Source: Acidobacteriota bacterium (GTDB taxonomy: Bacteria; Acidobacteriota; Thermoanaerobaculia; UBA5066). From it: a DNA stretch of 64,000 nucleotides. Where the stretch lies: NCBI GenBank assembly GCA_030278895.1, contig JARXKK010000001.1:16565-80564 (forward strand). Direction: 5' to 3'. Below are positions 1 through 9,691 of this stretch, one piece after another (within the stretch, counting starts at the first letter, position 1; each line of letters begins with the position of its first letter). Position numbers and translations under genes: made by a program. The notes below the pieces were generated by a model. That model worked only from the letters and a program-made list of their open reading frames with translations. It searched no databases and had not been told where the DNA came from.

Positions 1-1
1 G

Positions 2-1525
<1,524 letters not shown>

Positions 1526-1614
1526 CTCCCGCTCGCCGCCTCTGGAGGTCGATTCACCGAATTCCACGGGCCGAACGGCCGCGAGCGGCGTACCTTTCAA
1601 CCGGGAGAATTGCC

Positions 1615-2334
1615 ATGGACAGCAACGAACTCAAAGGAAGCCCCGACACCAGCCCCCGCCCCGACACGATGTCCCGTCTCGTCGCCGGCGTCTCGCTCAT
1701 CGCCGTGGGCCTGCTCTTCACGCTAAGCAATTTCGGCGTCATCGAGATCCGGGAACTCTGGAAGTACTGGCCCCTGATCCTCATCGCCGTCGGCGTCACG
1801 AAGCTCGTCGCGCGGTCCTTCTTCGCGGGAACCGTGCTGATCGCCCTCGGCGCTCTCCTGTTCCTCCGCACGTTCGGCCTCATCGATTTCCGGCTCCGCC
1901 ATCTCCTACCGCTCATCCTTGTCTTCATCGGGGTCCGGATCGTCTTCGCGCAGCGTCCGGGCGCGCGTTCGTGGGACGCGTCCCACAACCCCGGCGACAC
2001 CCTGAACGAATGGGCGGTCTTCGGGGGCGGCGAGCGCCGCATCTCCTCCCCGAACTTTCAGGGCGGGCAGGCGAACGCCGTCTTCGGCGGATTCAACCTG
2101 GACCTCCGCGACTCGAAGATGGCGGGCGACAACGCGACGATCGACGTCTTCTGCTTCTGCGGCGGCGGCGAGCTCCGCGTGCCCGAGGACTGGAACGTGA
2201 TCCTGAAGGTCGTCCCGATCTTCGGCGGCACGGACGACAAGAGCCGCCACGTCCCGAGCGAACCCGCACGCGCGCAGAAGGAGCTTCTCGTCACCGGCTT
2301 CATCCTCTTCGGCGGCCTCGGCATCAAGAACTAG
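1615..2334 (+). CDS. LiaF-like membrane protein (N-terminal TM helices plus DUF2154/toastrack-like C-terminal domain); likely accessory to the downstream kinase
   Basis: Hydrophobic N-terminus (LVAGVSLIAVGLLFTLSNFG..). The C-terminus carries Gly-rich beta-strand repeats (FGGGERRISSPNFQGGQANAVFGGFNLDL...CGGGELRVPEDWNVILKVVPIFGG) typical of the LiaF/YvqF cell-envelope stress family. It is the first gene of a three-gene block with the kinase and regulator. Confidence 0.55.
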   Translation: MDSNELKGSPDTSPRPDTMSRLVAGVSLIAVGLLFTLSNFGVIEIRELWKYWPLILIAVGVTKLVARSFFAGTVLIALGALLFLRTFGLIDFRLRHLLPLILVFIGVRIVFAQRPGARSWDASHNPGDTLNEWAVFGGGERRISSPNFQGGQANAVFGGFNLDLRDSKMAGDNATIDVFCFCGGGELRVPEDWNVILKVVPIFGGTDDKSRHVPSEPARAQKELLVTGFILFGGLGIKN

Positions 2335-2343
2335 GGGCGCGCG

Positions 2344-3399
2344 ATGCACCCCTTCTTCACGCAGTCGGGACGCCTCGGCGTCTACCTTCTCGGCTGGATT
2401 CCGCTGACCGCGATCCTCGGCGGGCTGCTCATGCTCGCGGGAGGGCTCTCGCTTCTCGAGGCGGCCGCCCTCGCGGCGCCGCTCGGGCTTCTCTACGCGT
2501 TTCTCTGCCTCTCGTCCTGGTACCTGTGCCGGGCGTTTCCAGTCGACTCGGCGCGGCTTCTCGCGACCGCGTCGGCGCTCGCGGTGGCCTCGATCGTGGC
2601 CGCCTCGCTCTGGCTTCTTTCCGGCACGACGCTGGCGTGGGTTCTCGCGCTCCTCCCCGCTTTCGAGACCTTGCCCGACCGCCTCCAGCACGCGGGACCC
2701 GTCGTTTTCCTGCTCGGCGTCCTCCTCTATCTGCTCGTCCTCGCGATGCACTACGTGCTCGAAGCCGCGGAGGCGGCGCGCGATCAGGAGCGCCGCGCGG
2801 CCGAGCTTCGGACTCTCGCCCGAGAGGCCGAGCTTCAGGCCCTCCGGGAGCGGCTCAATCCGCATTTCCTCTTCAACAGCCTGAACTCGATCGCGGCCCT
2901 CGTCGCCGTCCGCCCCGAGGAGGCGCGCTCGATGTGCGCTCTCCTCTCCGACTTCCTGAGGACGACCCTCGGCATGTCGGAGCGCTCCTCGATCACGCTT
3001 CGCGAAGAGCTCGCGCTCGCGCATCGCTATCTCGCGATCGAGCAGGTGAGGTTCGGCGATCGGCTCACGATGGCCGAAGACCTCGACGACTCCGCGTTCG
3101 ACGTGGCCGTTCCGCCCCTCCTCCTGCAGCCGCTCGTCGAGAACGCCGTCAAGCACGGCATTGGAGCGCGCCTCGAAGGCGGCACGCTCTCCCTCGTGAC
3201 GAAGCGCCGGGGAGACCGCATTTCGATCGTGGTCGAGAATCCGGCCGACGCCGGATCGGAAAAGCCGGCCGGCGCGGGAATGGGACTCTCGAACGTCAGG
3301 CGCCGTGTGGCGGCGTGCTGGGGCGACGCCGGGCACGTCGGCGCCGGCCTCTCGAACGGCCGCTTCCGCGTCGAGATCGAGCTGCCCGCGAGGCCCTGA
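2344..3399 (+). CDS. sensor histidine kinase, LytS/YehU family (intramembrane-sensing; His_kinase plus HATPase_c)
   Basis: About 150 aa with 4-5 TM helices precede the conserved LytS-type H-box region RERLNPHFLFNSLNSIAALV. The ATPase motifs QPLVENAVKHG and GMGLSNVRRR are present. Confidence 0.85.
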   Translation: MHPFFTQSGRLGVYLLGWIPLTAILGGLLMLAGGLSLLEAAALAAPLGLLYAFLCLSSWYLCRAFPVDSARLLATASALAVASIVAASLWLLSGTTLAWVLALLPAFETLPDRLQHAGPVVFLLGVLLYLLVLAMHYVLEAAEAARDQERRAAELRTLAREAELQALRERLNPHFLFNSLNSIAALVAVRPEEARSMCALLSDFLRTTLGMSERSSITLREELALAHRYLAIEQVRFGDRLTMAEDLDDSAFDVAVPPLLLQPLVENAVKHGIGARLEGGTLSLVTKRRGDRISIVVENPADAGSEKPAGAGMGLSNVRRRVAACWGDAGHVGAGLSNGRFRVEIELPARP

Positions 3400-3436
3400 C
3401 GCCGCTGTTCGGGAGGCCCGGCGCTATCCTCGCGCC

Positions 3437-4192
3437 GTGCCCAGCCCTCCTCTCGGCGCCGTCCTCGTGGACGACGAGCCGCTCGCGCGGTCCCTCGTGC
3501 GCCAGCTTCTCGCGGCCCACCCCGACATCCGGATCCTGGCCGAGTGCGCGAACGGCTTCGAGGCCATCCGGGCCGTCGCCGAGACGAACCCCGACATTCT
3601 CTTCCTCGACGTCCAGATGCCGCAGCTCGACGGGCTCGAGGTGCTCGAGCTGATCGACCGCGACGCCGCGGGCCGCCCGGCGGTCATTTTCGTCACCGCC
3701 TACGACCAGTACGCGCTGAAGGCCTTCGACGCGAACGCCGTGGACTACCTCCTCAAGCCGTTCGACCGCGCGCGCTTCGACCGGGCGCTCGAACGGGCGC
3801 GCACCCGGCTCGCGGCGGGCGGCGGGCCGGTCGCCTTGCCCCTCGCGCCGCGCGGCATGCCGCTCGCGCGCGTCGTCGTGAAGGACGGCGTTACGGTGAC
3901 GGTCCTCCCCGTCGAGAAGATCGACTACGTGAAGGCCGAGGACGACTACGTCCTGCTCTTCTCGGGCGGCCGGAATCACATCAAGAAGCAGACGCTCGCG
4001 AGCCTCGAAGACGCGCTTCCCCGCGAGCGCTTCGTGAGGATTCACCGGTCCTATCTCCTCAACCTCGACCGCCTCGCGCGTGTCGAAGGCTCTGTGGCGG
4101 GGGGCTCCATGGCCGTCCTCATCGACGGGACCAGCCTTCCCGTCAGCCGCGCGGGCGCCCAGCGCCTCCGCGCGCTCCTCGGATCGCCGTGA
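3437..4192 (+). CDS. LytTR-family two-component response regulator (REC plus LytTR DNA-binding domain)
   Basis: The receiver domain has the conserved Asp in ILFLDVQMPQLDG and the motif AYDQYALKAFDANAVDYLLKP. The C-terminal LytTR domain reads ..IDYVKAEDDYVLLFSGGRNHIKKQTLASLEDALPRERFVRIHRSYLLNLDRL. The start was refined to an in-frame GTG just after the kinase stop. Confidence 0.85.
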   Translation: MPSPPLGAVLVDDEPLARSLVRQLLAAHPDIRILAECANGFEAIRAVAETNPDILFLDVQMPQLDGLEVLELIDRDAAGRPAVIFVTAYDQYALKAFDANAVDYLLKPFDRARFDRALERARTRLAAGGGPVALPLAPRGMPLARVVVKDGVTVTVLPVEKIDYVKAEDDYVLLFSGGRNHIKKQTLASLEDALPRERFVRIHRSYLLNLDRLARVEGSVAGGSMAVLIDGTSLPVSRAGAQRLRALLGSP

Positions 4193-4194
4193 AC

Positions 4195-4863
4195 GTGAAG
4201 TGGCTCTTCAAAAGGAAGAAGCCCGCGCCGCAGGCCATCCCGAAGGACATTCCGAGGGACGACGACCGGCGCGGGCCCGTGCCGCCCCCGCCGCGCACGG
4301 CGCATGCGCCGGGCGTGACGATTCACAAGTTCGCTCAGATTCCCGCGCAACACTCGCTGCGCCGAAGCGAAGGCCCCGGTGGTTTCTTCTTAGAAGGTGA
4401 AGAGGGGAAGGCGCGCGCTGCGGTGTTGCTCGTCCTCGAGGCTGGCGGTGAATTCGGCGCGGGCCCCGGCGACGTCTTGCTCGTCTCTCCCTCTTCCTCA
4501 TTCGAAGAAATTTCCAGAACGTCACCCCCGCCCGGCCATCACATCCGGCGCGACGGCGTCGCGGGCGCGGCCTTTCCGGGAATCACGGGTCTCCGCGTCC
4601 TCGCGCGCCTGCCGGAGGCGGGCCTGGCCGTGCTGCGCCTCGGGCCGCCTCCGGGCGCGCGATGGGTCTTTCGCGGAATCCGCGCGTTCGCCGTCTTCTC
4701 GGGGCGCCTCGCCGCGTTCGACGGAGACGACGTGAGGGAGATTCGCGCGGGCTCGCTCGCGCGCGTCGCGGATCCCTCGGCGACGCTCTATCTCGAAGCG
4801 GGAAACGACGCGGCGCTCGCCGTCGCGCTCGCGGCGGACGACTTCATCGCGGCCCTGGGTTAA
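4195..4863 (+). CDS. hypothetical protein (doubtful call; contains a lower-GC island)
   Basis: An open frame continues 3' of the regulator stop, with GTG three nt after the TGA, and fills an otherwise empty 715-nt gap. The first ~120 codons use atypical AT-ending codons (aaa, agg, tta, att, tct) while the 3' half has normal high GC3. No recognisable domain. Confidence 0.3.
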   Translation: MKWLFKRKKPAPQAIPKDIPRDDDRRGPVPPPPRTAHAPGVTIHKFAQIPAQHSLRRSEGPGGFFLEGEEGKARAAVLLVLEAGGEFGAGPGDVLLVSPSSSFEEISRTSPPPGHHIRRDGVAGAAFPGITGLRVLARLPEAGLAVLRLGPPPGARWVFRGIRAFAVFSGRLAAFDGDDVREIRAGSLARVADPSATLYLEAGNDAALAVALAADDFIAALG

Positions 4864-4906
4864 CGCGGGCCGGGACTACAATGGCGCTCCGAATTTCGGA
4901 GGACTC

Positions 4907-6814
4907 ATGGTCAGTCCCAGAACCGCCCCGCCCGCACGCGGGTCCGCGGAAGCCCCGCCAAAGGAAATCTCGCCGACGATGAACCCGAAAGGCGAGATGT
5001 TGTGGGAGAGCTCTCCCTCGCGCTACATCGCGAAGGTGAGCCTCGCGACCGGCAAGGAAGTGCTCCGGCCGATCGATCCCGACGAATTGCTTGTCGGCGC
5101 CCACCGGGACAAGAACCCCATCGACGTCACCGCGCAATACCTCGCGAGCCGGCTCATCCAGTGGACGGGCAACGAGAATGCCGTCAAGGACGGCCTCCGA
5201 AAGGTGAACCTCCTCGGGATCAAGCTCGCCGAGGCGCTGGGCCAGGCAACGGGAAGCAAGGCGGTCGAGAAGAGCGCCAAAAGCCTCATCGGCGTCACCG
5301 ACCGGAACGTCTTCTTCAAGTTCCGCGAGGCCTCCCACCTCTCGGAAAAGGAGGTCAAGGCGCGAATCTCGAAGCTGCAGCACGAGGCGCGCCTGCTCCT
5401 CAAGGCGCGCGGCCGGAGCCCGCGGCTCAACGTCCTCCTGACCGGCGCGACCGGATTCCTGGGCAAGGAGCTCCTCGCGCAGGCCGCGAACGACCGCCGG
5501 ATCGAGCGCGTCGTCTGCGTCGTGAGGCCCGAAAAGATCCGCGACCCCAAGACGAAGGAAGTCGTCAGGGTCCTGTCGCCGGCTCAGCGGGGCGCCCTTC
5601 TGCTCAAGCGTCTCCACCTCGCCGGCGCGAAGGCCAGGAAGTTCGTCTTCGTGGACGGAGACATCGAGAAGCCGGACCTCGGCATCGCGCCGCGGGAGAT
5701 GGCACGCCTCCGGAAAACGCTCACGCACGTCATCCACTGCGCCGCGAGCGTGTCCTTCGACGACACTTACGAGAACTCCTTCCGCGCGAACGTGCAGGGG
5801 GCGCGTAACGCCCTCCAGTTCGCCCTCGGGATCCAGGGTGCCAAAGGCTCGAAGTTCATCCAGCATGTCGCCATCGAGACGTCGTACATCCACGGGCGGA
5901 AAAAGAAGACGACGGCGCAGGAGAACGCCCTCGTCTTCCCCCGGAACTTCTACAACAATTTCTACGAGCTCACGAAGGCGATGGCGTCGCTCGAGACGGA
6001 CTACACGCTCGTCGACAAGGGCCTCCGGGTCTCGCAGCTTCTCCCCTCGATCGTCATCGGCCACAGCAAAACCGGCAACAACCGGGGCGACACGAAGGTC
6101 GTGAACGCGCCCATCAACGCCTTCGGACGCAGCAAGGAAGCGATCGATGCCCTGCAGTCCGATACCGTCGGCCGCGGGAAGGCGTGGCTCATCGGCGCGA
6201 TCGCGTCGAATTTTCCAGGGGACGCGTCGGCCGAGCTGAACCTCGTGCCCGTGGACCGCGTCGTCGAGGGAATCCTCGCGGCCCTCACGGTGCCCGAGTC
6301 GATCGGCGAGCGGATTCACCTCGCGACGGACAACCGCATCCGCTCCGACGACATCGCCCGCATCGCGCGCGAGGAGATCGGCATCGACGTGCGCCTCGCC
6401 GACCCCACGCTCTTCCGCAACATCACGCTCCCGATCGTGAAGGCGGCGCTCGAAAGGGGCGGGCAGCCCAAGCTCGCGAACGCCCTCGACAAGCTCGGGA
6501 CGATTTTCGGCGGCTACAACGAGTGGGGCCAGCCGATCCACGACGTGGGCAACGACGTCCGCATCCTCGGCCTGCCGGTGCGGCGCCCGAACACCGAGCA
6601 CGCGTTCCGCATGCTCTGCCGCCACAACAAGTTCGTCCAGGACTTCGGGCAGGTGCGCGACCTCGACGAGATCGCGCGCCGCGAGTTCCTCTGGGAGAAC
6701 GTCCTCGGCGAAATCGAGAACAAGACCGGGCGCCAGGTCGCCTCCCTTCCGCCGGACGAGTTCCGGCGGTATCTCACCCAGCGCATCGACCTGAAGACCT
6801 TCACGGAGAGATAG
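4907..6814 (+). CDS. NAD(P)-binding thioester-reductase/fatty-acyl-CoA-reductase-like protein (SDR, NAD_binding_4-like core) with unassigned N- and C-terminal extensions
   Basis: The Rossmann motif LLTGATGFLGKELL sits about 170 aa into the protein and the catalytic YxxxK is present (FYELTK). ATG 4907 is preceded by GGAGGA; the alternative start is ATG ~4978 (MNPKGEM). Confidence 0.6.
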   Translation: MVSPRTAPPARGSAEAPPKEISPTMNPKGEMLWESSPSRYIAKVSLATGKEVLRPIDPDELLVGAHRDKNPIDVTAQYLASRLIQWTGNENAVKDGLRKVNLLGIKLAEALGQATGSKAVEKSAKSLIGVTDRNVFFKFREASHLSEKEVKARISKLQHEARLLLKARGRSPRLNVLLTGATGFLGKELLAQAANDRRIERVVCVVRPEKIRDPKTKEVVRVLSPAQRGALLLKRLHLAGAKARKFVFVDGDIEKPDLGIAPREMARLRKTLTHVIHCAASVSFDDTYENSFRANVQGARNALQFALGIQGAKGSKFIQHVAIETSYIHGRKKKTTAQENALVFPRNFYNNFYELTKAMASLETDYTLVDKGLRVSQLLPSIVIGHSKTGNNRGDTKVVNAPINAFGRSKEAIDALQSDTVGRGKAWLIGAIASNFPGDASAELNLVPVDRVVEGILAALTVPESIGERIHLATDNRIRSDDIARIAREEIGIDVRLADPTLFRNITLPIVKAALERGGQPKLANALDKLGTIFGGYNEWGQPIHDVGNDVRILGLPVRRPNTEHAFRMLCRHNKFVQDFGQVRDLDEIARREFLWENVLGEIENKTGRQVASLPPDEFRRYLTQRIDLKTFTER

Positions 6815-6835
6815 AAGTCGGCGACGGTTCCATCT

Positions 6836-7249
6836 CTAGCCGACGAACGGATTCACGGTCGAGACGCCCGTCGACGCGACGTCTTTCACGTTTCGCGTCG
6901 CGAGGACGAGACCGTGGACCTTTGCGGTCGCGGCCATGAGCGCGTCGAGGACCGGAAGCGGGTCCGGGACGTTCATGCGCCCCCACTCCTCGGCCACGCG
7001 CCGGTCGACGGGAAGGATGCGGTCCTCGAAGCCCGCCGCGAGGCCAAGGAGCCATCGGTCGAGGGCCTGAGCGGTCTTCGTGTCGCGCCGGCGGATCCCC
7101 TCGATCCCCCGGCGAATCTCGCCGACGACGAGAACGCTCAGGAAGAGATCGTCCGGGTCGAGTCCGTGAAACCACGCCGCGACCCTGCGGTCGGCGCGCG
7201 GGCCCTTTCTCAGCTCCGAAACGACGTTCGTGTCGAGGAGGAACCTCAC
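6836..7249 (-). CDS. vapC: PIN-domain ribonuclease toxin VapC
   Basis: The N-terminus VRFLLDTNVVSEL is a PIN signature with acidic residues, and the ~137-aa size fits. The GTG start overlaps the vapB stop by 4 nt. Confidence 0.8.
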   Translation of the reverse strand: MRFLLDTNVVSELRKGPRADRRVAAWFHGLDPDDLFLSVLVVGEIRRGIEGIRRRDTKTAQALDRWLLGLAAGFEDRILPVDRRVAEEWGRMNVPDPLPVLDALMAATAKVHGLVLATRNVKDVASTGVSTVNPFVG

Positions 7250-7479
7250 AGGTTGACGCGCCGGCCCCGGTCCCGCCGACGGGTGAAGTCCGCATCCGTC
7301 CCGCCCGGCGGCATCGCGAGGAGCCAGTCCTTGAGCGTGCCGCGCGGCCCTCGGGGAAGGAGCGCCTCCTCGAGGATGCGCCGGTGCTCGGCCTCGGCGG
7401 AACGGCCGTGCCGCGCCGCGCGCACTTTCAAGGAACGCACGACGGCCTCCGGAAGATCGCGGACGAGAAGCTGGGCCAT
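7246..7479 (-). CDS. vapB: VapB-type antitoxin (RHH/Arc-like)
   Basis: 77-aa ORF MAQLLVRDLPEAVVRSLKVRAARHGRSAEAEHRRILEEAL.. immediately upstream of vapC and overlapping it, the classic type II toxin-antitoxin layout. Confidence 0.65.
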   Translation of the reverse strand: MAQLLVRDLPEAVVRSLKVRAARHGRSAEAEHRRILEEALLPRGPRGTLKDWLLAMPPGGTDADFTRRRDRGRRVNL

Positions 7480-7541
7480 CGGGCACCTCCGCCGTGATGA
7501 TAGCATTGATATCACAGGCGAGCGGGACTGCGTTGCCTCCC

Positions 7542-9185
7542 CTAGGGCATCGCGAGCAGGTAATCCGACATCGCCGAGAGCTCCGCGTCGGACAGGAATT
7601 TGAAGGACGGCATCTTCGAGCCCTCGACGAGCTTCTTCGGCTCTTTGAAGTGCGCGACGAGCCAGTCCTTGTCGCGCTTGCCGAGAAGGTGGGCGAGCAC
7701 GGGCCCGCGGCGGCCGCCTTCCCCGTAGAGCTGGTGGCACTGCCGGCAGTCCTCGCGGTCGATCACGGCGCCACCCGCGCGGATCGGCTGGGGCAGCGCC
7801 GAGAAGCGCGCCCCGTCCTTCCCGAGCGCCTCGACGTAAGCGAGAAGGGACGGAATGTCCTTGTTCGGATTTTCTCCGTCCTCGTCTTCGGCAGGCGCCT
7901 TGACGCTTTTCTCCTTCACGTGAAGCGTCGCCGCGTCGCCCGTGAGCGTGTGCGATCGCGCGGCCAGGGGAAGAAGGGCGGCTCCGCCCGCGGCCGCGCC
8001 CGCGCCCGGCGACGGCGCAGGCGCGGGCCTGCCGTCCATCCCGTGGCAGGAGGCGCAGCCCCGGCGTTCGTACGAGGCGAGGCCGCCGAGGAGCCGCGCG
8101 TCGGGCGGCGGTTGCGACGCCGGGTCGAGGCCCGAAGAGCTTCCTTTCGGGGAATCGAGGTTGCCGAAATAGAGCAGGCCGAGGAGCAGGGCCGCGCCGG
8201 CGCCGCCCGCCGCGAGGACGAGCCGCCGGTCGCGGGGGCGCCGGGAGGCCCCGCGGTCGAGCCACGGAACGAGCGCGAGGAGAAGAATCGAGACCCCCGG
8301 GAGGACCGCGGTGCCGACCGGCTCGAGCGGGCCCTTGAAGAACTTCAGGAGCTGAAAGAGCGGGAGGAAATACCACTCCGGCCGCGGCACGTAGGAGGTG
8401 TCCGTCGGGTCCGCGAGACGTTCGAGCGGCGCGGGGTGCCGCGCCGCGAGCCAGAAGAGCGCGAGGACGAGCGTCAGGCCGACGGCGCCGTCCCGCGCGG
8501 CCTGGTAAGGGAAGAACGGCTCGCGCGGGTCGGGTCCGTCCGTCGGCCCCGCATGCGCGTGCTTGCGCATCAGGAGGAGGTGAACGCCGACGAACGCGAA
8601 GGTGAGAAGAGGCAGCAGGACGACGTGAAGCGCGTAAAAGCGCGTCAGCGTCGCCGCGCCGACGACGGGGCCGCCCGCCATGAGGCGCGAGGCCGCGGCC
8701 CCGACGACAGGAAGCGCCGCGGGCACCTTCGTGCCGACCACTGTCGCCCAATACGCCTTCTGATCCCACGGAAGAAGATAGCCCGTGAAGCCGAATCCGA
8801 GGACGAGGAGAAGCAGCGCGAGACCCACGAGCCAGTTCAATTCCCGGGGCCGCCGATACGCGCCGAAGAAAAACGTCCGCGCCATGTGCAGCGCGACGAA
8901 GAGCACCATAGCGGACGCGCCCCAGTGGTGGAGGCCGCGGACGAGCGCACCCGCCGGGAGCCGTGTCTGGATCGCCCGCACGCTTTCCCATGCGTGATCC
9001 GGCGTCGGGGCATAGGCGAGCGCGAGCGCGAAGCCCGAGGCAAACTGAACGAGGAGCGCGACGAGAGCCGCCGAGCCCAGGGTATACAGCCAGGCCCCGC
9101 GAACCGGAACGGCCTCGTCCGCGAAGGCGCGCCACAGCGACGTGACAGAGGCGCGCGACTCCAGAAACTCGAGGAGCCTCTTCAC
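7542..9185 (-). CDS. cytochrome bc-complex cytochrome b (b6-like N-domain plus subunit-IV-like PEWYFLP region) fused to a C-terminal di-haem cytochrome c domain
   Basis: Eight or more TM helices carry conserved haem-ligand His residues (..GLHHWGASAMVLFVALHMARTFFFGAYRRPRE..). PEWYFLPLFQLLK is present. The C-terminus has two CxxCH motifs (CASCHG, CRQCHQ). The GTG start overlaps the Rieske stop (GTGA). Confidence 0.8.
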   Translation of the reverse strand: MKRLLEFLESRASVTSLWRAFADEAVPVRGAWLYTLGSAALVALLVQFASGFALALAYAPTPDHAWESVRAIQTRLPAGALVRGLHHWGASAMVLFVALHMARTFFFGAYRRPRELNWLVGLALLLLVLGFGFTGYLLPWDQKAYWATVVGTKVPAALPVVGAAASRLMAGGPVVGAATLTRFYALHVVLLPLLTFAFVGVHLLLMRKHAHAGPTDGPDPREPFFPYQAARDGAVGLTLVLALFWLAARHPAPLERLADPTDTSYVPRPEWYFLPLFQLLKFFKGPLEPVGTAVLPGVSILLLALVPWLDRGASRRPRDRRLVLAAGGAGAALLLGLLYFGNLDSPKGSSSGLDPASQPPPDARLLGGLASYERRGCASCHGMDGRPAPAPSPGAGAAAGGAALLPLAARSHTLTGDAATLHVKEKSVKAPAEDEDGENPNKDIPSLLAYVEALGKDGARFSALPQPIRAGGAVIDREDCRQCHQLYGEGGRRGPVLAHLLGKRDKDWLVAHFKEPKKLVEGSKMPSFKFLSDAELSAMSDYLLAMP

Positions 9186-9679
9186 GCGTCGAGCGCCGAC
9201 GTGTCGATCTGCACGCGCCCGCCGGTGACGACGAGCGGCAGGCGCGTGAGGGATCTCGGCGGCGGCCCGGCCACGACGGCGCCGTCGGGCCCGTAGACAC
9301 CGCCGTGGCAGGGACAGAGGAAAGCCTTCCGGCCCGCGTCCCACGAGACGCCGCACCCGAGATGGCTGCACGTCGTGACGAGCGCCGCGAGCCCGGACGC
9401 GGCGCGGCCGTCGTGCACGATCGCGAATCGCTCCTTCACGCGGCGCGTCATGTAGCCGTCCTCGACCGTGCGTTCGACGAGTATTTCTTCGGGCGCGGCC
9501 GCGCCCGCGCGGAGCGCCTCGAAGGCCGCCGCCGGGCCGGCGTCGAGAAGGACATGCTCCTGCGGAGCGCGCCGGCGGAGCGGGCCGAGGACGAAGGCGA
9601 CGACGGCCCCCGAGACGGAGGACGCGGCGGCGACGGCGGTCCCGAGCGCCGCGAGCGTGAACGTCCTACGGGTTGCCAT
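9182..9679 (-). CDS. Rieske [2Fe-2S] iron-sulfur subunit with twin-arginine signal
   Basis: Cluster-binding boxes CSHLGC and CPCHGG are present. The N-terminal TRRTFTLAALG fits a TAT motif. Confidence 0.85.
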   Translation of the reverse strand: MATRRTFTLAALGTAVAAASSVSGAVVAFVLGPLRRRAPQEHVLLDAGPAAAFEALRAGAAAPEEILVERTVEDGYMTRRVKERFAIVHDGRAASGLAALVTTCSHLGCGVSWDAGRKAFLCPCHGGVYGPDGAVVAGPPPRSLTRLPLVVTGGRVQIDTSALDA

Positions 9680-9691
9680 GGGGGACGAGAG

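Noticed and set aside
1526-1614. Possible terminator hairpin GGCC-GAAC-GGCC after metH
   Set aside because: Short 4-bp stem without a following T-tract; not convincing.
3544-4192. Upstream 650 nt of the 439-aa ORF 3544..4863
   Set aside because: This part overlaps the LytTR regulator in another frame and reads as R-rich nonsense. Only the portion after the regulator stop (4195..4863) was kept, at low confidence.
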